Source of the DNA: Tubulanus polymorphus | Lineage: Eukaryota > Animalia > Nemertea | Length of the DNA: 64,000 bases | Assembly (NCBI RefSeq): GCF_964204645.1 | Contig: NC_134025.1 | Span: forward strand, 31,290,299 to 31,354,298 | Direction: 5' to 3' | Part shown: piece after piece, positions 1 through 11,647 of the stretch | How positions within the stretch are numbered: position 1 is the stretch's first letter | Layout: the number at the start of each line of letters is the position of its first letter | Notes under the pieces: generated by a model | What the model saw: the letters and a program-made list of their open reading frames with translations, nothing else | What the model was told of the DNA's origin: nothing | Database searches by the model: none | Program-made: the position numbers and the translations under genes

Positions 1-2600
1 TGGTGGGTTCGCTCCTAGGTGTTGAGTGTTATAAGTCGGGTTATATTGGTGTTGTTGTTGCGATGGTGGTGGAGTAGGAACTGGCGAGTGACCGCTCACT
101 GGAGGATGCTGCGGAGAATTATAAACCTGAAATACAATAATTTTACATTATTACCACCAGATGGCGTGACGAACAGTCAGTAAATAATAATCAAAGAAAT
201 TAAATTAATATTCCTACTCTGCGTTTGGTATAGTTAATAAATGAATTGAGGCGCAGAGGACTCAAGTAACTACTAGCGACACCTGGTGGATCTACACTGA
301 ACCACACCTGTCTGTCTGTCTCACAACAACACAATATATATATACACCACATGTTGCTGCTGTGTGTGTTACCTATTATATTAATCTGACCTGTTGCTGT
401 CCGGCGTAATGTTGATATGGTTGTTGTCCACCAGGGGGCGTCGGCGTCTGTTGATATTGTTGTCCTGGTTGTTGTTGGTAGTATTGTTGTTGTTGCCCCG
501 GGTAGCCCGCGGGCTGGCCGGTGTATCCGGGCTGTGAGGGCTGTTGATTATAAGCTACAAATAGAAAATATCAAAACTTTACTCCATAAATCTTAGCCAA
601 GTGTTTTATAGACAGCAGCCATTTCAAAGTTCCCACTCTCTGTTTTAGATACATTTTGAAGGATAAATCCTTAAAAAGTGTTAAAGTTAGGAGAAAAACG
701 TTCACACAATAATCAGGAACTGAGCTCTTCAAACACGACACAAACCTTGTTGTTGCTGTTGCTGTTGTGGTGGTTGTGATGGTTGTTGTTGGTAACCAAG
801 TTGTACTGGTTTCTGTTGTTGTTGTTGAGGTGGAAATTGACCTTGTCCTGGAATCTGACCAGCCGCCTGCTGCTGCTGCTGTTTTAATTGGTGACTAGCA
901 GAAGAACCGATACTAGAAACACTTTCAGGACTCCCGGGTCGAGGACTGGCGTGACTATTATTGGTCGTCGAAGCTGAAAAAAGAACAAGATTTAGAATTT
1001 TACAAAAAGCTCTCCTCATTATCGACTTTAGGGTTCTAGGGTTCTTCAGATGAGGGAATCTATGATTCCTCAAGTTTCCATAATGTAAGACCAAAGTCTC
1101 TCTGATTAAATCATAATAAGATGTTCTCAATGGGGCCACTCGTCACTGGCAAAAACAACAAAACACCCAACAATCTAAATTCCCTGATTTTTGCTTGACA
1201 ACAAATCGAGAATTGCCTGCTCTGTAAAGAACCCTGTAACTGCGGTATGAAATAGAGGAACTTACTGTCATTAGGAATACCAAACGAAGAAATCACTTTT
1301 TGCGTTGTGTCATCGATCGACCTTTGACTCGATAAAGGATCGAATTCTTTCCCTTCTGCAATATTTACAGGTTTAACGGTTTCAGTTTTATCTTCTATTG
1401 TTGATTCTGATTTAACTGAAACAGAAAATATACAATGGTAAATCAATACACATATAATATGCAGAAAAGGGGGGAGGGGGACAGGGAGAAGGGAAGAGGT
1501 AATTACATACTTGCTAATTTTGAACTCGGCGGGGGGAGGGGGACAGGGAGAAGGGAAGAGGTAATTACATACTTGCTAATGTTGAACTCGGCTCCAATGA
1601 ATCTAGAATTTGATTCACTTTATTTCGAACTGCTCTTAATTCCGAACGTAAATATTTCACTTCGTCAGAATCTAATCGCCGTGGTTGACCATTCACTGAA
1701 ATCCGTTCAAATTCAAATATTAACGGTTTATCTGAAAACGACCAATCATAGATCCGATCATCGTTTTTTACTTACCAAATATGGTAATTTTGAGTATTCT
1801 TGAGCATTGAATGGCGAATGATAAATCAGAACTATCAAAAATAGTTATCAAATCACCATCTGAAACAAAACAAGCATTAATCATTAAATTACTGAGAAAC
1901 TTCTCAAAGCCCTGGCAATCTGTTATTGAGTCAGATTGCATTCCTAGTCTGACACATGAGAGCAGGGGCCGCAGTTACTGAAAAGCTGGTTAGAGTAAGT
2001 TAACTAATGGATAGTTGACATAGCGATAATCGAAACTTCATCGTTACTATGTTATCTATCCACCGGTTATCATTAACCAACCTTTCAGCAACTGCAGCCC
2101 CTGATGCTCTTTTTAGTTAAAGATACATAATCAATACTGCCCGCAAATTATCAGGACTCAGGTTTTCAATTATGATTTGAATCCGATATAAGTTGAGTCT
2201 ATTTCTTGAAAATTAATTCTAATTACAATTCAGTTGAAACTGTGGAACTGGATCCTAATATTTGATTTTTGGGATCTTTGATTTTTTCAGATTTTTGGGA
2301 TCCTAAAACCCAAACCCTATAAAACAAAGACCCCAGAACCCGTAAAAACCCTATAAAACCACGACCCCAGAAAGCGTACAAACCTTCATCTTTATATTTG
2401 ATTACAACTTCATCGGTACTTGATAATTGTCCACGGAAAACTCTCTGCATCATTAAAACTAATTCATCATACGTGATATCTTCATTGTGGATTGGAATTC
2501 TGCGAATATCGTCTCCTAATTCAGCTTTAATTATTAACTTTCCGCTGAGATCCATCTGTCCGAATGATTCATTCAAATCTTTCTGGTTATACTGGTTCAT
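1..2600 (-). CDS. TFG: Protein TFG (TRK-fused gene; PB1 domain + coiled coil + P/Q-rich tail), 3' end runs off the window
   Basis: Exons (minus): 2600-2384, 1859-1776, 1695-1573, 1415-1266, 973-746, 554-391, 126-<1; all GT-AG and frame-continuous. Translation [44 protein letters not shown]...[69 protein letters not shown] matches the TFG PB1 and coiled-coil sequence as I recall it. Confidence 0.95.
1469..1592. repeat. 62-bp tandem duplication containing a TFG splice donor
   Basis: GGGGAGGGGGACAGGGAGAAGGGAAGAGGTAATTACATACTTGCTAAT(T/G)TTGAACTCGGC occurs twice with period 62. Confidence 0.9.
1963..2103. mobile_element. Palindromic MITE (CWG-flanked, possibly PIF/Harbinger-type)
   Basis: Ends CAGGGGCCGCAGTTACTGAAAAGCTGGTTA and TAACCAACCTTTCAGCAACTGCAGCCCCTG are inverted repeats; the whole element folds back. 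A related copy lies at ~58050-58180. Confidence 0.7.
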
Positions 2601-2986
2601 TATTGTTAACTTCTGAAATCTAATAATTCATAATCGGTCACTTTTCTTCACAAGAAAATATATAATATCACAAGTGTAATATGGACTTTGGCCAATTTCC
2701 ACTATCGAGGCCTATAAATATCATTATCTGATGACTTAAAAAAACTAAACGTGATTAAAAAATGAGATATTGCGAGAGTGACTAACTAACACCAGCAGGT
2801 TACTACTGAGACGAGTAGTTCTTCGATATAAATAATACTTTAGATAGCGAAATTTAGGCCAGGTACATGGCTCTAAAATCAGCAACATTTTGCCTACGTG
2901 TTTTATGTTCAGCCCCTATTGTAACCCGTATGGACGGCGCTGAATGATGTGTCAGTGACCAGCAGTCAGTCCACCAGTATCTGAAC

Positions 2987-3200
2987 CCGGAAGTGAAACA
3001 TATTCTCTTCATTTTCTAACATTTCTCTTATATTTCTGGAATTTTTCTATTGCTAATAAAATCGCCATTGAAAATCTCAAATAATGTTCAACTTACAGTT
3101 TATAAAATTGCAATACTCATCCGAGAATAAACTTTATAATACCGGCAAATAATAATCAGCGTTGAGCTGTCATTAGCGCGTCATCACCTACAGGCGGCGC
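2987..3200 (-). promoter_or_regulatory. Probable TFG promoter / non-coding first exon
   Basis: Splice donor ACT|gtaagt at 3097/3096 and an acceptor just upstream of the ATG (~2612). ETS/GABP motif CCGGAAGTG at 2987-2995. CpG-richer patch only ~350 bp from the SOD2 polyA signal. Confidence 0.45.
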
Positions 3201-3529
3201 TACTCTTTAACTCGCTTGCCGCAGGTGGAATAAATTGGACAACGGCTCGGACACCGGCTGCACAGAACTGTTCGGTTTTAGTTCTTTGCGCAGATTTAGA
3301 TAGTATGAAACCCGTGTTTTTCTGAGCAGGCATGCGAAAAATTCTTCAAGTCCTAGCCTCGAAAATTGTAAGTGCCTCTGCTGAACTGTGCTGGGCCAAG
3401 ATGTTCCTGGCCACTCTAGGCCATATCCAATTTAACGGCAAACTATCGCAATTCCTTCAAGTCTAGATTGTCAAAAACTAATTCAAAATTTACCAAACTC
3501 AACTCATTGAGGGTCAGTATTTAAAATAC

Positions 3530-3605
3530 TTTATTTCTGATGCATCACATATGGTTTCCTACAACTCAACTCAATTTTCAATTCATTACATTTCATCAAT
3601 TTATT
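3530..3605 (-). terminator. Candidate SOD2 polyadenylation signals
   Basis: AATAAA on the minus strand at 3530-3535 and 3600-3605, 110-180 nt past the stop codon. Confidence 0.5.
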
Positions 3606-3712
3606 TTTCGCTACTGAGCTGATCTATCATACCATGAAACTATTCTATATCAAACATACAACACATTAAACACAGCTTTAAAATGTATAGCAAACAAAGC
3701 TGATAAGAGTTT

Positions 3713-5672
3713 TTAGATTTTTGCAGCGGAGAATCTGTTCGCGACGTCGCTCCAATTGATAATATTCCAAATAGCTTTCACATAATCCGGTCTCACATTC
3801 TTATATTGAAGGTAGTAAGCGTGCTCCCAAACATCGATACCAAACAGAGGAATTAAACCTGTCAATCATTAAACATCAGTACATTAAACCTGTCAATCAT
3901 TAAAACATCATTACATTAAACCTGTCAATCACTAAACATCATTACATTAAACCTATCAATCATTAAAACATCATTACATTATCATTCAGCAATCTCAAAA
4001 TCTCCACAGTTGTTGAAATGGACTCTAAAGATGGATTAGAGTTGATTTTTACTGAAGATTAAAATTTTAAGGGCCTTTTCAATCATTCTCTTCTTGAAGA
4101 TATTACATTGTTCCTTGGCAGAAAATTTCTGCCGTCACATTGACAAAACAATTTGGGGTAGATCCACACCAGAAGAATATTCCATCATCTTCAGAATAAT
4201 TGAAAAGGGACACAACTGAGAACTGTGATCAGATGTTTATTTTAAACCTACCAGTTGTAGCTTGAAGTGGATCCTGATTTGCACACGTTGCAATCTGAAG
4301 ATGATCAGTAGATTGGTTGTATCCGAGCCAACCCCATCCGGACCCCTGAACTCCGACAGTCGCATCCGAAAGTTTCGTCCTCATATTATCAACCGATCCG
4401 AAATCTCTCTTAATCGCTTCCAATAAATCACCTTGGAAACACAACAACAATTCAATCAGTTACATTTCAAATCAGTTTAACTGAAAATCTTTTGAATTTA
4501 AAATCAGTTTAACTGACTATATTTTGAATTTCAAATCAGTTTAACTGAATATCTTTTAAATTTTAAATCAGTTTAACTGACTATATTTTGAATTCAAAAT
4601 CAGTTTAACTGAAAATCTTTTGAATTTAAAATCAGTTTAACTGACTATATTTTGAATTCAAAATCAGTTTAACTGAAAATCTTTTGAATTTAAAATAAGT
4701 TTAACTGACTTTATTTTGAATTTCAAATCAGTTTAACTGAAAACTTTTGAATTCTAAATCAGTTAAACTGACTATATTGTAAATTTCTAAGTGAAAGAAT
4801 TGGCTGGGTACATACTTACCAGATGGGTCACCACCTCCATTAGGAGAGAGATTCTCCCAGAATATCGAGTGATTGATGTGACCTCCGCCGTTAAACTTCA
4901 GAGCTGACTGAAGTCCAATCACTACAGATGTGTTTCCTATCAAATTACAATAAACAATACAAATTAGTTGTAAAATAAACCAATCAAGAAGGACCAGATA
5001 TTTACAAGTTTATACGAGTTTACCAGTGGACAGTTTGACAAAGTGACAATTAAAAGTTCATTAAATATTGGTATTCATTTTTAACCAACTGTTGACCTTG
5101 CCCAACTGAATCCGCATTTTTAATCCAAATTTTAATACATATTAGAATAAGATTTTTTAGATCCACCCTAGATAGATATTTGGACCACACAAAACCGACA
5201 TTTAATGGTGTTTAAGTGTGAAACCTTTATCTAACGCCTCTGCTAGTTTCTCCTCGGCAACATTCAGATTATTGACGTAAGTTTGATGATGTTTTTGATG
5301 ATGTAACGTCATTATCTCGGCGGATACTACTGGCTCTAACGCGTTATAGTCGTACGGTAAATCTGGTAATGTATGCTTCATTCTTCCGATCATACTGCTG
5401 CTCAATGCACCAGCGCATTTTGGAAGACTCCTGCTGAAATGATAAACAGTCCGGTATTTTAAAGACTCCTGATAAACAGTCCGGTCCCGTATTCCGACCT
5501 TGAACAAGGATGAATATATTCGCACGGTCTAATTGCGTCAATAGTTTCCGGAAATGCACCCAATCTGCAGCATTTACAGTTATAAATTAACATTATCTGA
5601 ATAAAAAGTATGAAATCACGGATTGTTATTCACTCACCGAAGAAGAGAAGCTGATTTTCGTATGGGCAACAT
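3713..5672 (-). CDS. SOD2: Superoxide dismutase [Mn], mitochondrial (about 227 aa)
   Basis: Exons (minus): 5672-5638, 5430-5225, 4936-4820, 4431-4252, 3858-3713 (TAA). Basic/Ser-rich presequence [17 protein letters not shown], then [77 protein letters not shown] (metal-ligand motifs intact). Confidence 0.97.
3853..3980. repeat. 31/32-bp tandem repeat x4 that copies the SOD2 last-exon splice acceptor
   Basis: Unit TTAAACCTGTCAATCATTAAA(A)CATCATTACA; the acceptor CCT (minus AG|G) recurs at 3858, 3889, 3921 and 3952. Confidence 0.9.
4454..4785. repeat. About 32-bp intronic minisatellite (~10 copies) with palindromic core TCAGTTTAACTGA
   Basis: Alternating variants ATCAGTTTAACTGAAAATCTTTTGAATTTAAA and ATCAGTTTAACTGACTATATTTTGAATTTCAA fill most of SOD2 intron 3. 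Confidence 0.9.
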
Positions 5673-6130
5673 CTTTTCCGGGTTTGAAGGTTCTGATCAC
5701 GGTTTGGAATACTCACCGGGTCTCGTGTCCGCCGGCTGCTTGCCTACCGTTCCGTGACCGTCACCGTGTTTTCAATTAGGGTTAGGGTTCCGAGGCCGGC
5801 ACCGGGTTTTGACTACTTAGGTTTATCGGATTTCTTCACCGGCGCCGGGTTTTAGTTTCTAATCCGCGAACGCGTTGTACGCGTTACCGTGTTAGGATTG
5901 CACATGGCGGCGTCCAGTAAATTTTTCATTTGAAAATCTCGATAATAAATTGTAGCTGTGATCTAGTGGAAGCTGAATCGGGATATTTAAACTGATGGAT
6001 CGGGTTTGAACTGTTAGTATTCACCGCCAGGTGTCAGTGTTTTTAATGTTCGTGTATCTGTTATTTATATCTCGGATGTTTCCAGCTACAAACCAGAATC
6101 CAGGACCAGACTTTCTTTCACTTCCGCGTC
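5673..6130. promoter_or_regulatory. Bidirectional CpG-rich promoter shared by SOD2 and WTAP
   Basis: Divergent genes with a GC/CpG-rich core at 5700-5915. YY1-like ACATGGCGGC at ~5902-5911, TTAGGGTTAGGG at ~5777-5788, CACTTCCG at ~6119-6126. Confidence 0.65.
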
Positions 6131-6724
6131 AGTTTCAGAGAAGAATTGGTTTTTTACCTAATGTATATTCGTGTTAGATTTGTGTTCTGTTTAGCTGTTG
6201 GGGGTGCCCTGTTGGGGATGACTGCAGTTAATATGTTCTCTAAGTGTTTATATACGGTATCTGTCCAACCAAACTCTTGTATTGTTTCTTAATCTTCTTG
6301 TACACCGTTCTTTAAATGAACACGTAGCGCCACATAGTGGAATGCAAAAAGTGATCTAAACTGCAGGCAGTTAGACCGATACCCCAATAACAGGAACAAT
6401 ATCAATAATGCACAGCTAGTAGTAGAGGCAGCTAGTGTCAGAATTCTGAAGCTGTCAGATCAGGGATTGAATTATTTGTAGGATCGCATTGCCATTCTTC
6501 TACTGTTACGAGAATCTGTAATCCTCACATCTGCATTCATTTGACTTGGTTAGCGTAGAGTTAGTTCCAACATTGCAACGAACATTGCTAGATATGCAAT
6601 CACATAAACGCAAATGTGAGGATAAGATTACAGACTCTCGTAACAGAAGATAGTTTGTTTGTTTTAAATATTTTGTCATTTAGTACAATAAAAGCACGTG
6701 TGGAGTCTGCTACTTACTGTAGTA

Positions 6725-6962
6725 CAGGGTCCGATCTAAGCACTTGTCCGATTGCCCGGGACAAGTATATTGTCATAAGGGCAAGTAGGTTATCATTATC
6801 ACTTGTCCCCCGGGCTAGTGCTATTCTATGTCTCAAAGCTTTTTGCCAATCGATACAACAGTTGGACTGCGTGTAGGGCAAGTAGATTTTTGAGGGGACA
6901 AGTAAAATTTCAGATATGCTTACCCCCGGGCAAGTGGTTCTTATTCCTTAGATCGGACCCTG
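6725..6962. mobile_element. Non-autonomous DNA transposon (MITE) in WTAP intron 1
   Basis: Perfect 16-bp TIR CAGGGTCCGATCTAAG...CTTAGATCGGACCCTG, flanked by direct TAGTA (or TA), with multiple internal GGG(A)CAAGT motifs. Confidence 0.85.
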
Positions 6963-7104
6963 TAGTACCCACAGAAGCCCCTGATTCTGGGCATAATGAT
7001 TACATAGATAGATACTTAACTTTAGAATCAACTCTTGTAACCATTTAATATGTATTTTATTTATTTGCTGATTTATTTATATTTTTAGGGATAAACCACG
7101 GATC

Positions 7105-9806
7105 ATGGCAACTAATAATATAATACACCCTAAAAGGGTAAGTTTTTAGATATTCACAAACACGACCAATTTTAAATCTGTTTCGTTTCTCAATGTTATT
7201 TTCTATTTGTAGGTTTTATTGACTGATGAAGACTTAGAACAGATCTCTAAAGACGAACTCGTAGCGAGGTTTGTGTTCGATTCATTATTCGTGAATTGTC
7301 GAAATAAATCAGTTTCCGTTTCTAAGTTCTTTCGTTTGATAATTTTTCTGTAGATGGAAACAACAAAATGATTACATCCAATTATTAGAATCACAGAAAA
7401 AACCGACTATTGAAACTGGTAAATATGTAATAACTGTCTGGGGGGAGGGATTAGAGGGGAAGGGTTTTTTTTTCAGACAAATTTGAAATATTGAATTTAT
7501 ATCAGCAATATCAAATTTTGATATAAATCGAATATCAGATACTACGGTAATAGTCATTAAAGCTCGAATATCTGTCAAGTTGAGTTAGAAACTTCAGCCC
7601 TGAATCCAGAAATAGTTGAATATATTTGTCTCGGGGGTTGGTGTGGTTTTGTTTTTTAGGATGCGTCGTTGAATCTGGATCAGAAGAGAAACGTAAACAA
7701 CAAATTGAAGCTTCACATCGTGAGAATATTCTCGTTATGAGATTGACGACTAAAGAGCAAGAAATGCAAGAATATCTGGTGAGTTTCTATAACAACACTA
7801 ACATCGGGCCCACCTAAACTAAAAGAAAAATCATTTTCTAAGTTCTTCAGGTCCTTAACATGGATTTCACTTAACTGGGTTTGATTTTTCTACAGTCCCA
7901 GTTTGTCCAAGTTAGGCCAGATTTTACTGTAAAAAGTGGATTCTTCTCTGATGATGAAGTTTTGGACAAAATAAATTGTTTTATCATCAATTGTTGGTTT
8001 TACTGATTAACTCTGAAATATTGAGATTAATATCAGTATTGGTCGGTGAATGTTTCATTTTATTAGAAACATACTTTTTTTCTAGAATCAAATTCAAGAA
8101 TTGAAACAAGCTCAGAATTCGAGCACAGCTCAGCTACGTTCGATGTTACTGGATCCAGCTGTGAATATCATGTATCAAAAAATGCGCAAAGAACTCGACG
8201 AAACAAAACAAAAACTTGAACAAACTCAAAATGAGTTCAGCGCGTGGAAGTTTACCCCAGACAGGTGAGTTGATCGCGGAAACTTGAGGTAAACTCGAGG
8301 TAGGTCGAGTTAACAAGTCTCTTTTATAGAAATCTTAGAATGAGGAATGAGTTCAACTCACTTCCTACATTCTGACACCGGGATGAGTTCATCGCTGGGA
8401 CTCTTTTCGAGACAGGACCTACCGTACCTGGTTGAGAAGTCTATGTTGTTTAACTGTTCTACTAAGGACATTTTCGAAGGATGAGTTATTATTGTAACTC
8501 TCTTGCTATGTTGTGAGGTATGAGTGAGTAAAACCCTAAAACTCTTTTTAATCAGTTTTCGATTGATTCGTTGATATCACTTTCAGTCAAACCGGAAAAC
8601 GTCTGATGGCGAAATGTCGAATGTTGTTACAAGAAAACGATGAATTGGGGAAAGTAGTTTCATCGGGGAGAATCGCTAAATTAGAGGGTGACATCGCTTT
8701 AGAAAAAACTTTAGTTCAAGAAATGAAGAAAAGTCAAGCAGGTAATTAATTTTTCATACAATTAGTGAGAATGATTATCTAATTTTCATTTCAGCTTTCA
8801 ATGATTTCTTGGGATAAATTGTCATGTAATTCTTTCTTTTTATAGAAATAGTTGATTTCATGCAGGTATCAATTCCTCCTGCAATCACCTTAGTCAATCA
8901 CCATTTAATGGATCCATAATCTGTCCATATCTGTCGGGTCACTAGGTAGAAAGACTACATTTTCTTGTTGTCAGGTTTTGTGGGAAACAGACAGCAGTTT
9001 GTCCGAGGGGCAGCTGCAATAGCTGTGACCTGGTTAAGGAGAGAGGGCTGATAGAGAGATGAGTTACAGATGTAAATGTTGACATATTTTATTTTCTTTC
9101 AGAAATCGATGAATTCCTAGTAGAACTGGACGAGGATGTCGAAGGAATGCAGAGCACCATCTATATTTTACAACAACAATTAAAAGAAGCTCGAGAAGAA
9201 ATCAATAAACTTCAAAAACAAAACGAGTTTCTTAATTCACAGCAGCAACAACAACAGACTGGTTTACAGTGTGCGTCTGATGATTGTGAACCGGCGGCGG
9301 GCACTACGGGCGCGGCTACCATCGAGCCGACACGGACAGAAATAAAACACGAATTAATGGACGTCACAGACGATACCGCGATTACCACGGCAACGCGGCG
9401 CGAGAACGGGGGCTTCTGGGAACATACTGAATCACAGAACGGTAACAATGAGCAAATTAACGGGCAGATAATCCCTCACCTGCCGCAGACTGTTTCATCA
9501 TCTAATAATTTAACTACTAGCATTACCACGACTTTGACTAAACAGCACCACCAGCTGCAGCAGCAGCATCAGGTGGTTAGTGATGTTGAATTAAACGATG
9601 TCACAGCAGCAGCAGCAGCAGCTACAACTATAACAGTAGCTGTAGCTGCTGATATTAGTTCACCTGAATCCCAACATTCTTACAGCTCACCGGTGAAGCC
9701 TATTCTTGTCGACGATTCAGACACTGATTATAGAACTACCGGTGATGACGATGTTCTTTTGAACGGTCTCGAGCAAACTCCATCTCCGATGGAGGAACAA
9801 TCGTAA
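7105..9806 (+). CDS. WTAP: Pre-mRNA-splicing regulator WTAP / fl(2)d, m6A writer complex subunit (about 436 aa)
   Basis: Exons: 7105-7137, 7213-7268, 7354-7418, 7660-7778, 8086-8264, 8587-8741, 9103-9806; GT-AG and in frame. Hallmark motifs RENILVMRLTTKEQEMQE, LRSMLLDPAVN, SAWKFTPDSQTGKRLMAKCRMLLQENDELG, ELDEDVEGMQSTIYILQQQLKE, followed by a low-complexity tail. Confidence 0.96.
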
Positions 9807-10772
9807 ATACACGTCCGTCTGTATAGAGGGAGCCACCGTAACGAGTGAGCGCCCCCTTGTGTCTGTTCTCGAAAGCATTTTTAAGGTCAAACCGAGTTAA
9901 CAGTATAAACATATTGAGTGCTATCGATTCCTACCAGAGTCGTTTAGAGTTTTAGTTTTAGTTTTTCTCAACAGCAAAAGCAGGAATTGATAAATGGACA
10001 TTTTGTGACACGTTTACATTTTGAGTAAGAGTTTAAACAAGAGTTTAAACAGCCTCTGATATAATCCAGGGTTTGTAGCGAGTCTAACCAATTCTGAAAA
10101 GTGCTTATTTTTAGACTAATTTAGGCTGCAAATGTAGTTTTCTTAAATTTCATGGCTTAATCATTGATTTAGAAAAATAGTCTTTCTGGAAAGCTTAAGT
10201 ACTCGGTCCGACTGCTGTAAACTTTGTTACGAAACACTGCAGCAAAATCCGTTATTTCTCATTTTACAATCGATGATTATTGAAAGTTTAAAAATTGAGA
10301 GGGAAAAACGTTTGAAAAAAGAAAAGAGAAAAATGTGTTCAAATACAATTTTAACAGTGTAAATAGATAAATAATAAATACCTGATAAATGGAATAAAAA
10401 TACAACAATTTTCTGTGTCTTTTTTCTATTGTGCGTATTTTTGAATTATTGTAGTTAGTTAAAAACTGGCTTTTTAAACGTTCGTTTTAGATTGAAACCG
10501 GTTTAGAATGAATCCTGTCCTCCTCGATGTAGAAATCCCCGCCTCGCGTACCATTCTCATACCTTTAAATTAAAACGATGTTTTCAGTTTATGCGTAGAA
10601 TATGTGTAATTTATGAATTGAGTTTTTGAACTCAGAAAGATAATAAACAAACAAACATTCCTGAATCGAACAAATTAAATCCCAAGTTTATACAGTAGAC
10701 TCTGAGCAGTGAGACCCTGGGGTCGCTTGACATCAACTTGAATATGAGTTATGCAGCTATCGCGCCACAGCC

Positions 10773-10903
10773 CTGGGGCCAGTTACACAGTCGTTACTTA
10801 AGTCCAAAAGTGGTCTAAAATCTTAAGTTGTTCGATTGGCTATAGAACTAAGTTGGCCTTAGACTAGGTTTAAGTCTAAGCCATGACTATGCAACCAGCC
10901 CTG
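10773..10903. mobile_element. MITE family A copy
   Basis: CTGGGGCCAGTTACACAGTC...GACTATGCAACCAGCCCTG with internal GATTGGCTATAGAACT; same family as the copies at 54555, 29443 and 23982. Confidence 0.7.
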
Positions 10904-11647
10904 GAACCTTCTCCCTTCCAGACGTTGAGCATTACTTGATGTTTCATTTTCGATTAACGTTGTCTAAATGAAAATGTCTGGTGAAGTTCTGAACACTATT
11001 AGTGAATTTTGGATGATAATTGGTAAAGTGATGATGTATTGAAGGAATGCAGCCTGTTGGGTAGTGCAGGTTCCACTGATACGTGCATGACTGTAAGCTA
11101 AAGTGTTTTGACTGTTACTGAGTTTAGAGAGAAGGGTCTATTGTATGTAACTAGTGTAAGTGCCATGATGGTTACATTGTATGGATTAATATACTGTATG
11201 TTTGTTTATCCACTATTTAAACCAGTTGTAATCTTAAATGTGGTTTAATTGTTTGGCAGCAGAATTCAGCGATCTATATTTTCTATAGTATTAGATATAA
11301 CCTGTGCAGTCGTTGTATGTTTTGTTAAATTTATAAGTTTTGCATCATCAACTATTGTAACTCTATAATAAGTCATTGTCAGTTCTCTGATGAAATATTG
11401 TGACCCCTCAGTTTTAGAGACAACCCTCGAACAAACCTACTCCTCAGTCGTCGTATTTTTTGTCAACCTTTCTTTTTCTTTCGTAAAAAAGTTGAACTTG
11501 CAAAATCATTTCTAGAAATCTTGTTTATTTACTTGTTGTCTTCATGTATCGTTTCTATTTCAGGCAAAAGAAATTGATATTTAGGGGTAAAAATTGCAGT
11601 TTTCTTTGGTTATCAAAGGTTGAATTTCAATGCAGTCATACATGGTT

